A DNA stretch of 64,000 nucleotides from Pelagomonas calceolata. Its lineage: Eukaryota. The DNA is taken from assembly GCA_918797485.1 (NCBI GenBank), contig CAKKNE010000004.1:4774001-4838000 (forward strand), in the 5' to 3' direction. The notes beneath the pieces are model-generated. The model had not been told where the DNA came from and did no database searches. It saw nothing but the letters and a program-made list of their open reading frames with translations. This document shows positions 9,489 to 20,112 of the stretch, one piece after another; positions within the stretch are counted from its first letter, which is position 1, and every line of letters begins with the position of its first letter. Both the position numbers and the translations under genes were made by a program.

Positions 9489-11120
9489 GGATGGCAAGCA
9501 ATTTTTTGTGGCACAGAATGCCTCACAGAGTGCTTGACCAGGCTGCCCTTGTGCGTCACCGCTCGACGTCTCATCACTGGGCAGCGTTTGAAAACAAGCG
9601 ATTGCGGCGCCGTGCAAAAGCAGGCGCACTGCATCGCGCATATTCGTAACGATGCTGCGCCATCAGTCATGATGAAGCGCTGGCTGCTCCTCGCCGCGCT
9701 GGCCGCGGCAGAGGACCTGGCCTTCGTCCGCGAGGGCTGCCGCATCTCCATCCATGGTGCCAGAGCCATTTTGAGAGACGGCGCCCGCGAGTGCGATGTA
9801 TGGAACGCGCAAAGTAGTGGCCGCCGCTGCGCGAGCGACCGTGTACTCCTCTGCGAGGTGGGCTTCGCGGGCCAAGAAAATGCCGCGGGGTCGACGCACG
9901 CGGCATTAACAGTAGCGACGGACGCCGCCTACCTCGTGGCGCCAATCCCGGGCGGCCTGCCGCGGTACAAGTACGTCGAGGCGAAGGCCGCCTGGGCCCG
10001 GGCCGCGGGCGTGGCCTACTACCTCGCCTTCGGGCGGGGCACCGCGAAGGCGAACGGCCCGCGCTGCGACGCCGGCGCCGGCGGCCAGACCCTGCACGCC
10101 CTCAAGGCCGCGGGCCTCGGCGTCGTCATGCGCCGCACCGAGTACGAGTCGGTGACGGCGCTCGACGTCGACGCGGTGCCCGCCCTCGACGCCGCGCCCC
10201 CGGAGGCGTGGCTCGCGCTGGACGCCGCGAGCGACGTCTTCGGCGCCTCGAACGTCGGCAAGCCCGTCCTCGTGAACGGCGGCGTGCTGGTCCTGCGGAA
10301 CACGGCCTGGGCGCGCGAGCTCGTCGGGGCGTGGTGGCGCAACCGCTGCGGCCCGGCGGACCAGTACGCGCTGTGGAAGTCGCTCGCCGAGCTCTGGCGC
10401 CGCGACCACCCGAAGTTCCGTCTCTCCGACGGCGTCTTCGCGAACTACGCGAGCGCGCGGGAGCGCTTCCTGCCCGAGGTCGCGCGGCGCATCGCGGACG
10501 GCGCGCTCCCGGCCCGGGGCTGCGCCGCCGACGCCACCTGCGCGGCCCTCTTCAGCGCGTCGGGCTGCCTCGCGGCGCCGCTCGCGCTGCCCAATTTGTA
10601 CGTGACGCCCGTGGCCGGCCCGTTCCGCGCGGCCGACGGGTCCGCCGTCCGGCCCCTCCAGAAGGGCGACCACGCCTGGATGTGCCACTTCGACCGCGTG
10701 TACGAAACGCTAAAGGATTATGACCTGCGCTTCGCGGCGCTCGAGGCCGCGGTCGGCGCGCGCGACGCGGCCCGCGTCCCCGCGCTCGTCGCCCGCGTTC
10801 TGGGAAAGGACGGGGGCGACCGCTTCGACGCGTCCTGCGCGCGCCCGGGCGACGCGCTCCGGCACGCGCTCTACCGCTTCAACGGCGTCGAGCCTGACCG
10901 GGGGCGCACGTGCGCGCTCGCTCTCAACGAGTCGCTGCAATCCCAGTACGCGTACGCGCCCGCGGATAACATAAGATACGCGGGACCGGGCGTGCTCGTC
11001 AAATCCAAATGCGGCACGGCGAAGCGCTACCTGCAGCCCGAGGAGGCCCGGAAGTGCGAGCTCAAGGCCGCGCGCCGGGCCGCGCGCCCGGCCAAGCTGC
11101 GGCGCGACGCCGAGACGGCG
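9475..11120 (+). repeat. Segmental duplication, copy 1 (copy 2 at 12307-13952)
   Basis: Near-identical ~1.65 kb covering the promoter, signal peptide and GT34-like domain. Confidence 0.95.
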
Positions 11121-12218
11121 CACGCCTACAACGCGTCGACGCCGCCGACGACAATACTCAAGTCGAACTGCACGCTCCAGCGCTTCCCGCCGATCTACGC
11201 GAATCGCGTGCATTTTTTTTCGTTTGTCGCGGCGGACCTCTACCACCTGCTCGGGCATGCGTTAAGGTACTACCGCCACCTCGGTTTGGATCTGAAGAAC
11301 CAGGGGCGTATCTTTGTACACAACGCGAGCGGGCCAGTTGCTCTGGAGAAGACGCTGGTGTATTTGAGGCGGTACGAGATCCAGTACAAAGTCTCGAACG
11401 AGTGGTCCAGTCAGACGAAGCGCGATGCGGCCAACCAGTTCCTCCTGAGCTTGCCGAACGACGCCTGGCTCGTCTACCCCGATCTGGACGAGTTCTTCGC
11501 CTTTCCCTGCGAAGTGCTCGAGATCATGGACCAGGGAGGGCTGCTCAGTGGCCAGATGGTCGACCGCGTCGCGTACGACTGGCACCTCAACAGTCTGAGA
11601 CCACTACCTAGAGCAGCAAAGATGAACAATCGCTCATCAATCGACTACCAGTTTCCCCGCTCTTGTAGATTGACGGGAGGCTTGCTCGATACGAACGTCA
11701 ACAAGTACACGCTCGTGCCGGCCGTCGACGCGGCGGGAAAGAGACTAAGGTACATCAACGCCCACTCCGTCGCGTGCGGTACGCGTCGTATGCTACGCCA
11801 CGTCCACGCTCAGAAAGCGATGAATTGCGAGGGCGTGACGATCTTCCGCGGACCCGCCGTCGCGCACTTCGGCTTCACGAAGATCACGATCCCCGTCCTA
11901 GAACGGAAGCTGGCCACGTACAAAGCTCTGGCGCGGACTTCCGGCGAACTCCGCCACCGCAACGCCGTCGAGCACTACCGCAAGCTCCGGGACTCGTTCG
12001 AGTACTGCCCTTTAACAAAGTCGTTCCAGTTCACTCGAAAAGCGCGGCGGCTTTTGATGCGGAAGCGCTACTGCGACCCGCTTCCACCCCATCTTGAACG
12101 GAACTACGCGCCGTCTCGATTTTGTTTCGAGCCGACGAAGGCGCCGCGGCCCTCTTTACGAAAATCGACGCCGCGGCCGCGGGCCCTCGTCGAGGACGAC
12201 GACCCGCCCGACGACTAA
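9669..12218 (+). CDS. Secreted two-domain glycosyltransferase: GT34 (MNN10/GMA12)-like plus GT2-like (Glyco_tranf_2_4-like)
   Basis: Signal peptide MMKRWLLLAALA; 'LDVDAV', 'VNGGVLVLRNTAW', 'DQYAL'; C-terminal 'WLVYPDLDEFF'. Confidence 0.65.
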   Translation: MMKRWLLLAALAAAEDLAFVREGCRISIHGARAILRDGARECDVWNAQSSGRRCASDRVLLCEVGFAGQENAAGSTHAALTVATDAAYLVAPIPGGLPRYKYVEAKAAWARAAGVAYYLAFGRGTAKANGPRCDAGAGGQTLHALKAAGLGVVMRRTEYESVTALDVDAVPALDAAPPEAWLALDAASDVFGASNVGKPVLVNGGVLVLRNTAWARELVGAWWRNRCGPADQYALWKSLAELWRRDHPKFRLSDGVFANYASARERFLPEVARRIADGALPARGCAADATCAALFSASGCLAAPLALPNLYVTPVAGPFRAADGSAVRPLQKGDHAWMCHFDRVYETLKDYDLRFAALEAAVGARDAARVPALVARVLGKDGGDRFDASCARPGDALRHALYRFNGVEPDRGRTCALALNESLQSQYAYAPADNIRYAGPGVLVKSKCGTAKRYLQPEEARKCELKAARRAARPAKLRRDAETAHAYNASTPPTTILKSNCTLQRFPPIYANRVHFFSFVAADLYHLLGHALRYYRHLGLDLKNQGRIFVHNASGPVALEKTLVYLRRYEIQYKVSNEWSSQTKRDAANQFLLSLPNDAWLVYPDLDEFFAFPCEVLEIMDQGGLLSGQMVDRVAYDWHLNSLRPLPRAAKMNNRSSIDYQFPRSCRLTGGLLDTNVNKYTLVPAVDAAGKRLRYINAHSVACGTRRMLRHVHAQKAMNCEGVTIFRGPAVAHFGFTKITIPVLERKLATYKALARTSGELRHRNAVEHYRKLRDSFEYCPLTKSFQFTRKARRLLMRKRYCDPLPPHLERNYAPSRFCFEPTKAPRPSLRKSTPRPRALVEDDDPPDD

Positions 12219-12302
12219 CGTTTTGTGTTTACTCTAGATCGTTGTTCATCTTAGTAGAGAGAGAGTCGCTTGGCGCGCCGGAGATATTGCTCCGATAATG
12301 AC

Positions 12303-12320
12303 CTAGCTGTAAGACACTAG
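12303..12320 (+). promoter_or_regulatory. CTAG-bounded motif, shortened type A (CTAGCTGTAAGACACTAG)
   Basis: Start of duplication copy 2; about 170 bp upstream of the ATG at 12489. Confidence 0.55.
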
Positions 12321-13952
12321 GGATGGCAAGCAATCTATTTTTTGTGGCACTGCTTGACCAGGCTGCCCTTGTGCGTCACCGCTCGACGTCTCATCACTGG
12401 GCAGCGTTTGAAAACAAGCGATTGCGGCGCCGTGCAAAAGCAGGCGCACTGCATCGCGCATATTCGTAACGATGCTGCGCCATCAGTCATGATGAAGCGC
12501 TGGCTCCTCCTCGCCGCCGCGCGGGCCGCGGCAGAGGACCTGGCCTTCGTCCGCGAGGGCTGCCGCATCTCCATCCATCATGGTGCCAAAGCCATTTTGA
12601 GAGACGGCGCCCGCGAGTGCGACCTGTGGAACGCGCAAAGTAGTGGACGCCGCTGCGCGAGCGACCGCGTGTTGCTCTGCGAGGTGGTTTTCGCCGATCA
12701 GAAAGCGGCGGCGTCGACGCACGCGGCATTAACAGTAGCGACGGACGCCGCCTACCTCGTGGCGCCAATCCCGGGCGGCCTGCCGCGGTACAAGTACGTC
12801 GAGGCGAAGGCCGCCTGGGCCCGGGCCGCGGGCGTGGCCTACTACCTCGCCTTCGGGCGGGGCACCGCGAAGGCGAACGGCCCGCGCTGCGACGCCGGCG
12901 CCGGCGGCCAGACCCTGCACGCCCTCAAGGCCGCGGGCCTCGGCGTCGTCATGCGCCGCACCGAGTACGAGTCGGTGACGGCGCTCGACGTCGACGCGGT
13001 GCCCGCCCTCGACGCCGCGCCCCCGGAGGCGTGGCTCGCGCTGGACGCCGCGAGCGACGTCTTCGGCGCCTCGAACGTCGGCAAGCCCGTCCTCGTGAAC
13101 GGCGGCGTGCTGGTCCTGCGGAACACGGCCTGGGCGCGCGAGCTCGTCGGGGCGTGGTGGCGCAACCGCTGCGGCCCGGCGGACCAGTACGCGCTGTGGA
13201 AGTCGCTCGCCGAGCTCTGGCGCCGCGACCATCCGAAGTTCCGTCTCTCCGACGGCGTCTTCGCGAACTACGCGAGCGCGCGGGAGCGCTTCCTGCCCGA
13301 GGTCGCGCGGCGCATCGCGGACGGCGCGCTCCCGGCCCGGGGCTGCGCCGCCGACGCCACCTGCGCGGCCCTCTTCAGCGCGTCGGGCTGCCTCGCGGCG
13401 CCGCTCGCGCTGCCCCATTTGTACGTGACGCCCGTGGCCGGCCCGTTCCGCGCGGCCGACGGGTCCGCCGTCCGGCCCCTCCAGAAGGGCGACTACGCCT
13501 GGATGTGCCACTTCGACCGCGTGTACGAAACGCTAAAGGATTATGACTTGCACTTCTCGGCGCTCGAGGCCGCGGTCGGCGCGCGCGACGCGGCCCGCGT
13601 CCCGGCGCTCGTGGCCCGCGTTCTGGGAAGCGACGGGGGCGACCGCTTCGACGCGTCCTGCGCGCGCCCGGGCGACGCGCTCCGGCACGCGCTCTACCGC
13701 TTCAACGGCGTCGAGCCTGACCGGGGGCGCACGTGCGCGCTCGCTCTCAACGAGTCGCTGCAATCCCAGTACGCGTACGCGCCGGCGGATAACATATACG
13801 CGGGCTCGGGCGTGCTCGTCAAATCCGAATGCGGCACGGCGAAGCGCTACCTGCAGCCCGAGGAGGCCCGGCGGAAGTGCGAGCTCGCCGCGCGCAAGGC
13901 CGCGCGCCGGGCCGCGCGCATGGCCAAGCTGCGGCGCGACGCCGAGACGGCG
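12307..13952 (+). repeat. Segmental duplication, copy 2
   Basis: Matches 9475-11120 with few substitutions and indels. Confidence 0.95.
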
Positions 13953-15497
13953 GCGCGGCACGCGGAGGTGGGCGTCGCCGAGTTCGGGATGGCCGCCGTC
14001 CAGGCTGCATTCACAAGAGGACGGTGGAGGAAGCCGCCGAGCGCACCCGTCGACTACGACCGAGCGAGCCCCTATCAAGCCCATAGGAATGAAACGTACG
14101 ACTGGGACGCCGCGAAACGTAGAGTTATGGACCACGCGATGCGGGATGTGGCACGCTATTCTATAGACGAGTCCCATAAGAGCACGAAACTAGCGTTACG
14201 AAGCGCCCTCCTGGACAAGACGCACGCCATATGGATCTTGCAAGGTAGATTATTTGTCCACAAGGCGTATCTGGGCGAGATGAAGCGCGAACTGCATCTG
14301 CGGTTCATGAATTCAGTTTTGGGGAAGAAGAGCGACCTGATAAAGAACGTCGTATATACGTTCGACGAGGGCGCGAGTGGCCCCAGTCACGAATGCGACC
14401 CGCACCTGCCGAAGCTCGTGATAGCCAAGAAGAACGGCGAAAAACAATGTGGGGTTTTGGTGCCGAATCCGTACTTCGGGGACCTGTATCGAAACTGGGA
14501 GCGGGAGCGGTCAGCGCTTGTGTCTTTGGGTAGAAGACGAAAGTGGGAGAATCGGCGGCCCCAGTTGTTTTGGCGGGGCAAGATTCGAGGTCGGGAGGCC
14601 GTGATTAATAAGGAGCGAGATTGTGCGAGAGAAGCGGGGAACTACGCGCGGTTGCAGGCGGCTTCATTAACCACGCACGACTCCAAGAAATTTGACGTGC
14701 GCACGAATACGTGTCGACCGCGGCCGATCCGGTCTTTATCTCAAGACTTGTGTCGGAAGGTCTTACCGCAGAACGACGACTTAGCTAAAATACGAGATTC
14801 GGGTTGTAGGGCGGTCCAGGGGCGGTTCATGAACCATGGGAAGTTCAACGCGTTCCAGTTCCTGCTGGATCTGCCTGGTAGCACGACGGGGAGCTATTCG
14901 AGGAACTTAAACCACCTCTGGCTGCTGGGGGCCGTCGTCGTCTTCTGGGCCGGGCCGCTCCTAGAGCCGGGCGGCGCGCTGCAGTGGTACTCGGCCGGGT
15001 TGAGGGACGGGCGGACGCACGTGACCGTCAACGTGTCCACCGCCAAGGCGACGCTCGACGCCATCACCGACCATGTAGATTGGCGCAATGAATTGTTAGA
15101 GAACTCGCGAGGAGTTGCTGATAATCTATTATGTGGCGAGTGCATGGGCAGCTACGTCGCGACCGTCTTAACGTCATTGAGGCAGCGCCTGCCCCTTCTG
15201 GATTCTGCGTTGAACCAGCGGACGCACCATACCGCGAACGCGACGCTCGCCGAATTGTTATCAAGAGAGAACTGCGCGCGGCACTTGGCGGCCGGGTTGG
15301 TCGAGGTCGTGCGCGGGACGCCCCGGAACCGGCGCGAGCCGGGCTGGCCGATCACGTGGCGGACCGCCGCGACGGGCGCCGCGGCCTGCGATTTGTTGGG
15401 AGCGCTGGCGGCGCCGTTCCGCGACCCGAAGATGAGTGCGGCGGGCCGGCGCGGCGGGGCGCGCGTCCGGGAGCGCGTGCTCCTTGCTTCGGTTTAA
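12489..15497 (+). CDS. Secreted two-domain glycosyltransferase: GT34-like plus GT90/CAP10-like
   Basis: N-terminal half nearly identical to the 9669 gene; C-terminal half homologous to the 1919 gene (LVIAK...QCG.LVPNPYFG; FWRG; LPG.T.GSYSRNLNHLW). Confidence 0.75.
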   Translation: MMKRWLLLAAARAAAEDLAFVREGCRISIHHGAKAILRDGARECDLWNAQSSGRRCASDRVLLCEVVFADQKAAASTHAALTVATDAAYLVAPIPGGLPRYKYVEAKAAWARAAGVAYYLAFGRGTAKANGPRCDAGAGGQTLHALKAAGLGVVMRRTEYESVTALDVDAVPALDAAPPEAWLALDAASDVFGASNVGKPVLVNGGVLVLRNTAWARELVGAWWRNRCGPADQYALWKSLAELWRRDHPKFRLSDGVFANYASARERFLPEVARRIADGALPARGCAADATCAALFSASGCLAAPLALPHLYVTPVAGPFRAADGSAVRPLQKGDYAWMCHFDRVYETLKDYDLHFSALEAAVGARDAARVPALVARVLGSDGGDRFDASCARPGDALRHALYRFNGVEPDRGRTCALALNESLQSQYAYAPADNIYAGSGVLVKSECGTAKRYLQPEEARRKCELAARKAARRAARMAKLRRDAETAARHAEVGVAEFGMAAVQAAFTRGRWRKPPSAPVDYDRASPYQAHRNETYDWDAAKRRVMDHAMRDVARYSIDESHKSTKLALRSALLDKTHAIWILQGRLFVHKAYLGEMKRELHLRFMNSVLGKKSDLIKNVVYTFDEGASGPSHECDPHLPKLVIAKKNGEKQCGVLVPNPYFGDLYRNWERERSALVSLGRRRKWENRRPQLFWRGKIRGREAVINKERDCAREAGNYARLQAASLTTHDSKKFDVRTNTCRPRPIRSLSQDLCRKVLPQNDDLAKIRDSGCRAVQGRFMNHGKFNAFQFLLDLPGSTTGSYSRNLNHLWLLGAVVVFWAGPLLEPGGALQWYSAGLRDGRTHVTVNVSTAKATLDAITDHVDWRNELLENSRGVADNLLCGECMGSYVATVLTSLRQRLPLLDSALNQRTHHTANATLAELLSRENCARHLAAGLVEVVRGTPRNRREPGWPITWRTAATGAAACDLLGALAAPFRDPKMSAAGRRGGARVRERVLLASV

Positions 15498-15549
15498 TTG
15501 TCTTTTGTGGTTTATCGGGTGCGCTCTCTTCACAAACTCACAACTTAGT

Positions 15550-16380
15550 CTACAAGCAGCGCACGACGTGGCGCCAGAGGCCCTCCTCGAAGTCCGCGTC
15601 GAGGACGCGCAACCAGAGCGAGCCAGGAGCCTTGGCCCTGTCCTTCTTGACCAGCGCCTTCAGCAGAACGAGGGACCGGCGTCGCTTCCAGGCGGTCGAG
15701 AAGTAGCACGCGATTGGCACCAGCGTCGCGCCGCCATACACGTCAATGGCCTCCATGTTCGGGCTCCGCCAATCGACCCACGGCGCTAAGACCGTCCGCA
15801 GCGCCACGAATCCGACGAGAGGCGCCCCGTCAGTGCTCATCTCGTCGGGCGGGCCCCACGGAATGATGGTGCCATGCGAGCCGAAAACGATTGCACGGCC
15901 TTGGCTCGTTTGGAAGGTAATTTCTGACGTAAATTCTATCGCCGTCGAGCTGCACTTCACGGCGACGATGGACTCGCCGGCTGCGAGCGTCTCCGTCTGC
16001 TCCCGAAAGGTCTGCGGATCGCGGCCGCGCCGCGCCGCATCGTCGGCCGCATCCGGCGCGTCGGGTATGAACGCGTCGCTGCCGCGGTAGCGGAAGGCCA
16101 GGCTGGTAATCACGGGCTCGCCGCTTTCCCCAACATTGTCGATGAGCCAGGCGCGGACCGCCGTGATCGGCCGCTCGCTGTCAAAGCACAGGCGTGCCGT
16201 TTGATGAATGCATCCCGGCTGGGAACCCATCGGCGTCAGCCTCTCTTTCACCGCGCGGCGCACCACCGTGCCCTTGTCCACCTCCTCGGTGAGCCAAGGC
16301 TTGTCCTCGACTGGGATGGGAGGCACAGGACCAAGGCCCTCGGAGATGTGGCTGGCCATGAGCATTTGCATCATGGACAT
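15550..16380 (-). CDS. Hypothetical protein, possible jacalin-like lectin fold
   Basis: 'ITSLAFRY', 'LAAGESIVAV' and 'SEITFQTSQGR..VFG' recall jacalin beta-prism strands. Confidence 0.4.
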   Translation of the reverse strand: MSMMQMLMASHISEGLGPVPPIPVEDKPWLTEEVDKGTVVRRAVKERLTPMGSQPGCIHQTARLCFDSERPITAVRAWLIDNVGESGEPVITSLAFRYRGSDAFIPDAPDAADDAARRGRDPQTFREQTETLAAGESIVAVKCSSTAIEFTSEITFQTSQGRAIVFGSHGTIIPWGPPDEMSTDGAPLVGFVALRTVLAPWVDWRSPNMEAIDVYGGATLVPIACYFSTAWKRRRSLVLLKALVKKDRAKAPGSLWLRVLDADFEEGLWRHVVRCL

Positions 16381-16425
16381 AGTGGCGGATCAATGCGCGT
16401 AAAAAATGCACAAGGCCCAACCGAG

Positions 16426-16448
16426 CTAGCGGCCTGTAAAGACACTAG
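16426..16448 (+). promoter_or_regulatory. CTAG-bounded motif, type A (CTAGCGGCCTGTAAAGACACTAG)
   Basis: 45 bp upstream of the minus-strand ATG at 16380. Confidence 0.6.
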
Positions 16449-17064
16449 CCCTTCTGCGGGAGGGGTACGGGGGACCCCGCGACGTAACTAACCTGAGCCT
16501 TCTACCTTCCGTGTCTCGCTTACTTGTAGTAACTTTATGATACCTTAGGAAAAGTCGTCGGAGTAGTCCGAATCCGAGTCGCCGCGCTTCTTCCGCCGGC
16601 GCCGCGGCGGCGAGTCGTCCTTCTTCTCCTCGGACGGCTCGGGCTCCTTGCCCTCGCACATCCGCCTATCTTCGGCCGCGGGCACGTCGTCGGGGTACAT
16701 CTCCACCCGCGCCGCCACTGCCTCAAGCTCTAGAGCTGCGCGGCTTGCAACACACTGCCCGTGCCGCGTTCTCCGACTCGTCCGCGACGTCTCAGGGCTC
16801 CGCCGGAGGAGGACCTCGCCGCGGGCGCCGCCGCGAGTGCATGACATCCCAGTCGAGGCGACGGCGTGGCGGTGGAGGCCCCCAGTCTTAGGCGCAAGTA
16901 TGTATATATACCTTGTATGAATAACACGGCTACGTCGACGGGACGAGCGCCGGCCACCGCGTCCGCACCGCATCGACGGCCTCGGCAGGCGACGCCGCCT
17001 CGACTGGTCTCCGAAGGCGGCGTCGTTGTTAAGTATTTATCAGTTCACAAAAATTACCACAATA

Positions 17065-20000
17065 TCACGCCCGCCGTCGATGCGACTTCTCGAACTGGTC
17101 GAGGCGGTCCAGGAGCTCAGCGAAGGACGGGCGGTCCTCGGGCAGCGTTTGGTTCGCGAGGCGTATCAAGCTCCGCAAAAAGTCCCCCGCGGCCGGATCC
17201 TCGGCCCTGGCCGCGATGCCGGGCAGGAGCCACGGGCGGTTCGCCACGTCGAAGACGTGCGTCTTCTCGGACAGCCGCATGCACGTACCGGCGAGGCATT
17301 TCCCCCCCGCCTCCGGCGCGGCGCGCGCCCCGGGCTCGCATGCGTGGTCCGGGTCGCTGCACGAGTGCGAGTAGTGCGTGCGCGGGCAGTCGGCGTCCCG
17401 AGCACACTTTACCACGGAGTCGGCCTGCAGCTGCGAGACCTTCGACCATTCACGAACCGCGGCCCGGGCGACGGGCGACGTGGCCAGGGCCCGCGGCCCG
17501 TCCACCAGGTACACGTCACCGTCGTCGGTAAGCGTGAACTGGTGGTCCTTGAAGTCGTCGAGGAACCAGCCGGCCGACGCCCAGCTCCAAAAGCAGGCGA
17601 GCAGCGACCGCGCCAGTCGGAGCGGGCGCTTCTGGGCCCATGTCGCGAACCTCCGGGCGCCGGTTCGTAAAGGCGGCACTTCGGCAGAAATGGGCTCGCC
17701 GCCGTCGACGGTGGCGTACGTGAGCCGCGACGCCTCCCACCACGCCCCGAGGAGCTCGGGGACGCCCGGCCGCCCGCGCAGGGACTCGAGATATACCAAT
17801 TCCATGTACAACGTCGTACCGCCGCCGTCGCCGGACTTGCGGTTCTGCTTGACGATTACGGGCCTTCCGTCGACGCGCGCGCGGTAGACGACCTTGGCCT
17901 TCGAAGCGTGGCCTATTTGTTTCCACGGGGCCGACACATTTTGTATCCTCCACGGCGCCGGCGTCTCGCGCGCCCGGAAGAAACGGTCGATCGCCGCCGT
18001 GGGGGCCGACACATTTTGTGCAGGCCACGTCGCCAATGTCCCGCGCGCCCGGAAGAAGCCGCCCTGACGAAACGCGGGCTTCGACCGGGCGGCGGCGTAG
18101 ACCTCGGCGTGGCACCAGCTGTCCTCGAGGACGCGCGCTCGTAGTGATGGCGCCACGGCCAGGTCGCCGACGGGCTTCACGGTGGCGACTCGCGGCGCCT
18201 CGACGTCGTAGAGGCCGTGCAACACCGCCGCGAGGTCGCGCAGGCCGCCCGTCGCCAGGGACGCAGCGTCTACGATTAAATCGAACTCGTCGAGGTTGCG
18301 GAGCGCGCGGTCGCACTGGCTCCGCGTGATCGCGGAGCCGGGGACGAACTGCAGCCCGGCGAGCCGCTGCACGTGGCGCTGGACGCCGTGCGGGAACGAC
18401 GCGTTGACGAACGCGTCGGGGTCGTCCGCGCGGCCGCCGTCGACGTACAAGGACTCCACGACGCGCCACGCGTCCTCGACGACCGTGAACGCGAAGACCT
18501 TCGGCGGCAACGCCTGGTGCACGCGCGTGACGTTGAAGGGAAATTCGCCATCCAGAATATCGAGGGACCCGGAGTCCTCCGCGTCCTCTGCCGTGAGCGG
18601 CCCGTACTTGTTCTTCGTGCGATCCACGACCTCTTCGCCGAGGTGCGCGGGTACGGGCACGTCCTTGCCGTGGCCGTCGACCTGGGACTGCCAGCACGCC
18701 AGGCCCCGGTCGTCGCAGAGCCGCTGGACCACGCCGTCCACGAGGACGCCGCCGGCGTGGCCGAGGTCCGTGAAGGACACCGACGCGTAGTCCCAGAAGG
18801 CCTTGCGGCGCCGCTTGTTGCTCTGAATCACCTCCGACTCGTACAAGCACGCCTTCGGGCCCAGCTTGAACGGCACGGGCGCCTTCACGAACGCGTCGAT
18901 GCGGTCCACGAGCTCCCGGAAGGACGGTCGGTCGTCCGGCCGGCCGCGCCCCGCGAGGCGAATCAAGCTCCGCAGGAACTCCCCCGCGGCCGGGTCCGCG
19001 GCCTTGGCCGCTATGTAAGGCAACAACCAAGGTCGATTGGCGACGTCGTAGACGTGCGTCTTCTCCGAGAGCGGCACGCAGTGGTGGAGGTGGTGGTGCT
19101 GCGAGTGCTGCGGGCCCTGCTGGTAATGCGTGTTGTGGCACTTCCCGCGCGCCTCCGGCGCGCCGCGCGTCCCGGGCGCGCACGTGCCGGCGCCGCGGCA
19201 TGAATGGCTCTCCTTCGTGAAGGGGCAGTCCGCGTCCCTCTTACATTTATGCTTCGCCCCGTCCAGGGCGCCGTGGTCACCCTTCGAGCCGTGATCAACC
19301 TTCTTGCCCCAAGCTTCATGGATGGCCCGCCCGAGGGGCCGGTCCGGCGCGACCTTCGGGCCGTCGACCATGAAGACCGTGCCATGTGCATCCATCGTGA
19401 ACTGTTGGGCTTTGAGGTCGTCCTGCAAGAAATCCAAAGCCCAAGAGCCGAAGCACTCCAGGATGGACCTCGCCAGCGCCAGCGGCTGGTTTCGCGCGCG
19501 CGCGTCGAAGGCAGCCGTCATGACGTTCGGGGCCGTGCCGACGCCCGAGGGCCCCTCGCCAATGGCCTCGCCGCCGTCCGCGACGACGAGCACGACGTGC
19601 GGCCCGTCCCACCACGCGCCCAGCAGCTCGGGGATGCCCGGTCGGCCGCGGAGCGCCTCGAGGTACACCATCTCCAGGTACAGCACGCCGCCCCCCTGGT
19701 CGTGTCTCGCGTCGCCCGTCCATCCATCCTTTCGCATCTTCCGGCCCTTCACTATCACCGATTTACCATTCACGGTGGCTCGATACACGGTCTTGGACTT
19801 GCTCGACGCACCGATCTCGTGCCACGGCCGCGGCACGTCGTCGGGCTTGGCGACGGTCCAGGCTTTGGGCGCGTAGCTCTCGTTGTTCTGGTGGATCTGG
19901 AACCAGCGGTCGATCGCCGCCGTGGCTGCCGACACATTTTGTGCAGGCCTCGTCGCCAGCATCCCGCGGTCGATCGCCGCCGTGGGGCCGCCCCGACGAA

Positions 20001-20112
20001 ACGCGGGCTTCGACCGGGCCTCGGCTTTGGCCTCGGCTTTGGCCTCGGCGGCGCGTAGCAGCAGCAGCCGCAGCAGCAGCAGCATCATCGTCTGGCGGCT
20101 GCCCAAACTCAT
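17065..20112 (-). CDS. Secreted kinase-sulfotransferase-like-kinase fusion (two PKDCC-like domains)
   Basis: Signal peptide; two domains homologous to the 3572 gene (DDLKAQQF/DDFKDHQF, VDGP, SEKTHV.DVANRPWLLP); middle region 'FTDLGHAGG...FTVVEDAWRVVESLY' resembles a degenerate sulfotransferase family 2. Confidence 0.65.
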   Translation of the reverse strand: MSLGSRQTMMLLLLRLLLLRAAEAKAEAKAEARSKPAFRRGGPTAAIDRGMLATRPAQNVSAATAAIDRWFQIHQNNESYAPKAWTVAKPDDVPRPWHEIGASSKSKTVYRATVNGKSVIVKGRKMRKDGWTGDARHDQGGGVLYLEMVYLEALRGRPGIPELLGAWWDGPHVVLVVADGGEAIGEGPSGVGTAPNVMTAAFDARARNQPLALARSILECFGSWALDFLQDDLKAQQFTMDAHGTVFMVDGPKVAPDRPLGRAIHEAWGKKVDHGSKGDHGALDGAKHKCKRDADCPFTKESHSCRGAGTCAPGTRGAPEARGKCHNTHYQQGPQHSQHHHLHHCVPLSEKTHVYDVANRPWLLPYIAAKAADPAAGEFLRSLIRLAGRGRPDDRPSFRELVDRIDAFVKAPVPFKLGPKACLYESEVIQSNKRRRKAFWDYASVSFTDLGHAGGVLVDGVVQRLCDDRGLACWQSQVDGHGKDVPVPAHLGEEVVDRTKNKYGPLTAEDAEDSGSLDILDGEFPFNVTRVHQALPPKVFAFTVVEDAWRVVESLYVDGGRADDPDAFVNASFPHGVQRHVQRLAGLQFVPGSAITRSQCDRALRNLDEFDLIVDAASLATGGLRDLAAVLHGLYDVEAPRVATVKPVGDLAVAPSLRARVLEDSWCHAEVYAAARSKPAFRQGGFFRARGTLATWPAQNVSAPTAAIDRFFRARETPAPWRIQNVSAPWKQIGHASKAKVVYRARVDGRPVIVKQNRKSGDGGGTTLYMELVYLESLRGRPGVPELLGAWWEASRLTYATVDGGEPISAEVPPLRTGARRFATWAQKRPLRLARSLLACFWSWASAGWFLDDFKDHQFTLTDDGDVYLVDGPRALATSPVARAAVREWSKVSQLQADSVVKCARDADCPRTHYSHSCSDPDHACEPGARAAPEAGGKCLAGTCMRLSEKTHVFDVANRPWLLPGIAARAEDPAAGDFLRSLIRLANQTLPEDRPSFAELLDRLDQFEKSHRRRA

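Noticed and set aside
16545..17020. Possible small minus-strand gene ending ...GDSDSDYSDDFS
   Set aside because: It has a coding-like tail, but I could not establish a start or exon structure.
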